A stretch of DNA of 32,000 nucleotides, from the NCBI RefSeq assembly GCF_000341395.1, contig NC_020304.1, positions 2,100,001-2,132,000 of the forward strand, given 5' to 3'. A program made the translations under genes and the position numbers. This DNA is from Desulfocapsa sulfexigens DSM 10523. GTDB lineage: Bacteria; Desulfobacterota; Desulfobulbia; Desulfobulbales; Desulfocapsaceae. This document shows, one piece after another, positions 27,734 to 32,000 of this stretch. The first letter of the stretch is position 1; every line of letters starts with the position of its first letter. Under the pieces are notes generated by a model, which did no database searches, was not told the origin of the DNA, and saw nothing but the letters and a program-made list of their open reading frames with translations.

Positions 27734-29023
27734 TTAGTGCTTAAATGAACGCTGTCCGGTGAACATCATGGCAACTTTGGGGTCAGCTTCGTTACAGGCA
27801 GTAATAACATCTGAATCACGCATTGACCCACCAGCCTGCAATATGGCTGTACAGCCCTGGTTGATTCCAACATCTGCACCATCCCTGAAGGGGAAGAATG
27901 CATCTGAAATCATAACAGAACCTGGAAGGTTTGCCCTGTCCTCTAAAACCTTAGCGTCAATCGTTTCTTTGTCAGCAATATCACGTTTTCCCTGGGTTAT
28001 TTCCAGGCAAAGATCAGCGTAAGGGATTTTGTGAGTATCAAAACAGACGATATCAGCGTATTTGATATAGGCTTTGTGGACAGCAATTTCTGCAACACCG
28101 ACTCTGTCCTGCTCGCCCGTTCCAATTCCTACTGTGCAACCATCCTTGATGTAAAGAACAGAGTTTGAGGTCACCCCATGTTCAATCGCCCAACCAAAGA
28201 TCATATCGTCAATTTCCCTTTGTGTCGGTTGACGGTCACATTTGTATTCCACCCCTTTTCTGGTGGCAGTGGCCGGTTTCAGGTCGTTTATTGAGCGGAT
28301 GGAGTTTACTGCGGATTGCTGAGCGATAATTCCTCCATCAATAAGGCTTTTAAAATCAATAAAGCGAAATTTCTCAAAGTCGGCTAGGCGATCAATGGCT
28401 CCCATTTTAATGACACGCAGATTTTTACGGGCTGCAAGAATCTCAAGGGCTCCATCTTCAAAATCAGGGGCGCAGACAACTTCAAGATAATTTTCAGCCA
28501 TCATCCGTGCTGTGTCGATGTCCACTGCTCGGTTAATGATAACAGCACCACCAAATGCAGCGATACGGTCACAACGATTGGCTTTGTCGTATGCACTACT
28601 CAGGCTCTCACCTATGGCAGCTCCACAGGGATTGTTGTGCTTGAGAATGACAGCAGCTGGTTTCTCGGTGAGATATTTAATAATATTAAGGCCATTATCA
28701 ACATCGGTCAAATTGATTTTTCCCGGATGTTTTCCGACCTGCAGCATATCCTGTACATCAATGGCAGAAACAAGACCATTACCAGGTTCAATAAATTTAC
28801 AGTCTCCCAAAGTTAGGTTTCCATTGACCAGTTCATACAAAGCTGCCTCCTGATCGGGATTCTCGCCATAACGGATACCGCGTTCATCAATTGAACCATC
28901 TTCCATTTTAATTCCCCAGGTACGCTTACGGTAAACGAGTTTTTGGTCACCAAAGGAAATGGTCATATCCATGGGGAAGCTATCTCCAAGGATGGTGGTG
29001 TACATCTTTTTAATATCACTCAT
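27734..29023 (-). CDS. purH: Stand-alone phosphoribosylaminoimidazolecarboxamide (AICAR) formyltransferase
   Basis: IRYGENPDQEAALYE, VILKHNNPCGAAIG, FGGAVIINRAVD, FPFRDGADVGINQGCTAILQAGGSMRD. Lacks the N-terminal IMP cyclohydrolase/MGS-like domain. Confidence 0.88.
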   Translation of the reverse strand: MSDIKKMYTTILGDSFPMDMTISFGDQKLVYRKRTWGIKMEDGSIDERGIRYGENPDQEAALYELVNGNLTLGDCKFIEPGNGLVSAIDVQDMLQVGKHPGKINLTDVDNGLNIIKYLTEKPAAVILKHNNPCGAAIGESLSSAYDKANRCDRIAAFGGAVIINRAVDIDTARMMAENYLEVVCAPDFEDGALEILAARKNLRVIKMGAIDRLADFEKFRFIDFKSLIDGGIIAQQSAVNSIRSINDLKPATATRKGVEYKCDRQPTQREIDDMIFGWAIEHGVTSNSVLYIKDGCTVGIGTGEQDRVGVAEIAVHKAYIKYADIVCFDTHKIPYADLCLEITQGKRDIADKETIDAKVLEDRANLPGSVMISDAFFPFRDGADVGINQGCTAILQAGGSMRDSDVITACNEADPKVAMMFTGQRSFKH

Positions 29024-29074
29024 GATGAATTGCTCCGTTTAGGTTGAGAGTTGAAAAAGTTTGAAGTTGTTGAT

Positions 29075-30181
29075 TTATGATGTGGTTATCTGAAAACTGC
29101 TATCCCAGTCTTTGTATACGGGGTCATAGCCCTTTTCTCTGATCATTGTACTGACTTCCTGGAGGGATCTGTGATCCCCGACACTGAATTGTTCCGCCTC
29201 AGAGTCGGAATCTCCATAACCACCGGGGGCAGTGCAGGAACCTGCCGAATAGCGTGTGGGACCGAGTTTCAGCATTCCGTCACGATAGCGGGCTTCCTCT
29301 CTGGTGGAAACAATGAGCCCAACATCTTGATCAAAGAGACGAAGGGCAAATATTAACTGGCTGAGATTGCTTTCAGTTACTATTTCCAGGGGCTCAAATT
29401 CTCCGGTTGCTGGTCGCATACGGGGAAAGGAAACAGTAAATGCGGTTGACCAGAATGTTTTGCGCAACCAGTTCAGGTGATGGCCAATTGCAAGACCCTC
29501 GGCACGCCAGTCAGAAAGGCCCAGAAGGGCACCAATACCAACTTCCCGCATACCTGCCTCTGCCACGCGGGCGGGGGTTTCAAGGCGATAGTCAAAGTCA
29601 CTCTTTTTCCCTGAAAGATGAACCCGTTTGTACATATCTCGGTCATAGGTTTCCTGATAAACAGCAACGGCTGTAATACCGGCCAGAAACAGTCGCTGGT
29701 AGTGTTCTGTGGACAGAGGTTGAATTTCTATGGAGACGGCTGCAAATTTATTTCGTAACCTGAGAGCAATTGCCTCCATATATTCAACGTCAACGGCGTT
29801 TTCTGCTTCCCCCGAAACCAGTAAAATATGCTGGAATCCGCGTTCATGGAGGATCATTGCTTCCTTTTCGGCTTCATCGAGTGTCAAGCATTTGCGTTTT
29901 ATACGGTTGTCTGCCGAAAAACCACAGTATACACAGCGATTGGTGCAGTAATTGGAAAGATAGATAGGGGCATAGAGCTGGGTAGTTTTCCCAAAACGGG
30001 CAAGAGTTATTTCTGAAGATCTTGCGGCCATCTGTTGCAGGTAGGGTTCTGCGGCTGGAGATATTAACGCAGCAAGGTCATTAAGGTTCAGCCGTGTAGC
30101 ATTTAGCGCTTGTTCAACATCGGCAGAAGTTGCACTCTTTATCTGTTCTCGGAGCTGATTGAAGTCGGGTGATTGAAACAT
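29075..30181 (-). CDS. thiH: 2-iminoacetate synthase ThiH (radical SAM)
   Basis: Radical SAM CxxxCxxC in YLSNYCTNRCVYCGFSADN; LPRMRPATG; located next to thiG. Confidence 0.96.
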   Translation of the reverse strand: MFQSPDFNQLREQIKSATSADVEQALNATRLNLNDLAALISPAAEPYLQQMAARSSEITLARFGKTTQLYAPIYLSNYCTNRCVYCGFSADNRIKRKCLTLDEAEKEAMILHERGFQHILLVSGEAENAVDVEYMEAIALRLRNKFAAVSIEIQPLSTEHYQRLFLAGITAVAVYQETYDRDMYKRVHLSGKKSDFDYRLETPARVAEAGMREVGIGALLGLSDWRAEGLAIGHHLNWLRKTFWSTAFTVSFPRMRPATGEFEPLEIVTESNLSQLIFALRLFDQDVGLIVSTREEARYRDGMLKLGPTRYSAGSCTAPGGYGDSDSEAEQFSVGDHRSLQEVSTMIREKGYDPVYKDWDSSFQITTS

Positions 30182-30182
30182 A

Positions 30183-30965
30183 TCAGGCTAAAAAACCAAG
30201 ATCTGAGGAGAGGGTTCCGGTAACAGGAGAGGATGCACTTGCCTGTTTACTTCTTCGACCCATTCCGGCGATGTAGGCTGTTCTGCCTGCTTCAACTGCC
30301 TTGGCAAATGCTGCGGCCATGGCTACGGGATCACCGGCAATCGAGATTGCAGTATTCACAAGTACTGCATCGGCACCCATTTCCATGGCATAGGCTGCAT
30401 GTGATGGAGCACCTATTCCGGCATCAACGACAACGGGAACACGAGCCTGTTCTATTATTATTTCAATCATGGCGTCAGTAAGTACACCTTGATTTGTACC
30501 TATGGGCGACCCTAGTGGCATGACAGCTGCGGCACCGGCATCCTGAAGTTTGAGGGCAAGGATGGGATCAGCGTTCATGTAGGGAAGAACGATGAAGCCG
30601 GCTTTGACGAGTTCTTCAGTTGCAATGAGGGTTTCGACAGGATCGGGTAGTAAAGTTCTGGGGTCTGGGGTGACTTCGAGCTTCAGCCACGACGAACCGG
30701 AAGCTGCACGTGCCAGGTGAGCGAGGCGTATGGCTTCATTAGCATTTCTCGCACCAGATGTGTTTGGAAGAAATGTGTAGTCACGCTGGCTTAAGGCCTT
30801 CATGATATCATCTTCAGGATTGTCGAGGTTGACGCGGCGCAAAGCCACAGTAACCATTTGACAATCAGACGCTGCAATAGCTTCAGCCATAACAGCAGAT
30901 GAGGAAAATTTTCCGGTTCCAAGGAAAAGTCGGGAACGAAAGTCAGTTCCAGCAATGGTCAGCAT
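30183..30965 (-). CDS. thiG: Thiazole synthase ThiG
   Basis: [101 protein letters not shown] at 30963-30965 is likelier than the track start at 30983. Confidence 0.97.
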   Translation of the reverse strand: MLTIAGTDFRSRLFLGTGKFSSSAVMAEAIAASDCQMVTVALRRVNLDNPEDDIMKALSQRDYTFLPNTSGARNANEAIRLAHLARAASGSSWLKLEVTPDPRTLLPDPVETLIATEELVKAGFIVLPYMNADPILALKLQDAGAAAVMPLGSPIGTNQGVLTDAMIEIIIEQARVPVVVDAGIGAPSHAAYAMEMGADAVLVNTAISIAGDPVAMAAAFAKAVEAGRTAYIAGMGRRSKQASASSPVTGTLSSDLGFLA

Positions 30966-30966
30966 A

Positions 30967-31167
30967 TCAGCCGCCTCCAACAAATCGTATTATTTCGACC
31001 CTGTCATCTTCAGCAAGTTCTGTCTTGTTGTAAGAGTCCGGGGTAACAATGGAAGTGTTCAATTCAACAACAACTGTGTCAGGGGGAAGTCCAAGATCTG
31101 TTAATAAGTCAGATATGGTTGATATATCCTGAATAGATTTGCTGTTGCCGTTTACTGTAATGTTCAT
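30967..31167 (-). CDS. thiS: Sulfur carrier protein ThiS
   Basis: [66 protein letters not shown], with C-terminal Gly-Gly. Track ORF starts at 31188; ATG 31165-31167 is the likely start. Confidence 0.93.
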   Translation of the reverse strand: MNITVNGNSKSIQDISTISDLLTDLGLPPDTVVVELNTSIVTPDSYNKTELAEDDRVEIIRFVGGG

Positions 31168-31212
31168 ACCAGTTGCAATGTGATGCAAATTGAATTGTTA
31201 AAATGTAAAAAA

Positions 31213-32000
31213 TCAGTTTCGTTTTTGTTCTGTACCAAGAAGTATGCGAAGAGCTTGATTTGCTTGATGATGTGCAGCAATACCAACTCTAGGAGCCATC
31301 AGTCCCATTCCAGGGCAGGCTTCAGAAGTTTTATCGCCGACAATAAATATCCCTGGTCGCACCATCGTCGTGACAATGGTGTTATTGTCACCGAAACCAG
31401 CCATACCTGAAGAACCGACATAGGACACTCGATCCATTGTATTTAAAATTGATCTAAGGGTAGCAGCCTTCATAACCGGGTCATCAAAACATTCAATCAA
31501 AACATCCACGTCACTGAATAGTTGTGGCAGTCGTGCTTCTGTCAAGTACTCATTGATGAGTTCCAGTGAGATCGAAGGATTCATTCTCAGAAGGTTTTCC
31601 TCCAGTGCTTCAGTCTTAAGCATCCCTATTTGATCAACAAAATAATGTTGCCGGTTGAGGTTGCTTGGCTCCACAACATCATAATCGGATAAGAGCATCT
31701 TGCCAATACCGATTTTTGCCATAGCACCAGCAACTGCAGATCCAAGACCTCCAAGTCCAAGGATAGCAATAGTGGAGCTCCTGATTTTTTTTTGTATACC
31801 TGGAGTATGCCGTGCTGAAAGAAGAGCGTCCCTTTCTTTGTCTGTTGGCACTATACCCTTTTGAATAAAAGAGCATGAATCGCCATCCTGAACAACGGTA
31901 TCTGGCGGTACCGGAAAACCGTTGAGAATGAAAATGTCGGCGGAAGGTTTATGTATGGCAGCGAGTGCTCCAATGGTGTGACCTGGAGAGAAAGGGTACT
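31213..32000 (-). CDS. thiF: ThiS adenylyltransferase ThiF with N-terminal ThiS-like extension, partial (5' end beyond right edge)
   Basis: STIAILGLGGLGSAVAGAMAKIGIGKMLLSDYDVVEPSNLNRQHYFVDQIG. The frame is open past the track start (GTG 31851) to base 32000, encoding ...YPFSPGHTIGALAAIHKPSADIFILNGFPVPPDTVVQDGDSCSFIQKGIVPTDKERD. Confidence 0.92.
   Translation of the reverse strand, partial: YPFSPGHTIGALAAIHKPSADIFILNGFPVPPDTVVQDGDSCSFIQKGIVPTDKERDALLSARHTPGIQKKIRSSTIAILGLGGLGSAVAGAMAKIGIGKMLLSDYDVVEPSNLNRQHYFVDQIGMLKTEALEENLLRMNPSISLELINEYLTEARLPQLFSDVDVLIECFDDPVMKAATLRSILNTMDRVSYVGSSGMAGFGDNNTIVTTMVRPGIFIVGDKTSEACPGMGLMAPRVGIAAHHQANQALRILLGTEQKRN

Noticed and set aside
1-32000. Search for CRISPR arrays, IS ends, att sites, tRNA/rRNA
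   Set aside because: No regularly spaced repeats, transposase motifs, or recognisable RNA genes were seen by eye; a proper scan (tRNAscan-SE, Infernal, repeat finder) would be needed to exclude small elements.

Overview
The 32 kb window looks like an ordinary, densely coded chromosomal segment of a Gram-negative bacterium, possibly Desulfobulbales-like by protein flavour (organism is an inference). I see no CRISPR array, IS element, phage module, tRNA or rRNA. Main blocks: (1) minus-strand operon at ~1-7105: minimal FtsX-like permease, LolD/MacB-type ATPase, a 1606-aa protein fusing an M28-peptidase-like domain to an FtsX-type permease, and a DUF6785-like membrane protein that runs off the left edge and is absent from the ORF track. 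(2) Minus-strand glycan operon at 7212-14007: acyltransferase, two COG4671-like glycosyltransferases, two GT4 glycosyltransferases, a histidine phosphatase and a polysaccharide deacetylase. (3) Envelope genes at 14-19.4 kb: small outer-membrane-barrel-like protein, FG-GAP/VCBS-like exported protein, porin with a strong promoter and terminator, and a DHA2-type MFS transporter. (4) REC-GAF-histidine kinase on minus, then HEAT-repeat protein, DinG-like helicase, polyprenyl diphosphate synthase and YibQ-like divergent deacetylase on plus. (5) MCP with a CZB-like zinc motif predicted to be extracytoplasmic. (6) Minus-strand thiamine operon: ThiS-like/ThiF fusion (runs off right edge), thiS, thiG, thiH, then a stand-alone AICAR formyltransferase (purH C-terminal half) followed by a clear terminator. 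The best leads are the degenerate M28-FtsX ABC system with DUF6785, the compact glycan cluster, the CZB-like chemoreceptor, and the thi-operon details. All family calls come from reading motifs; no database search was run.
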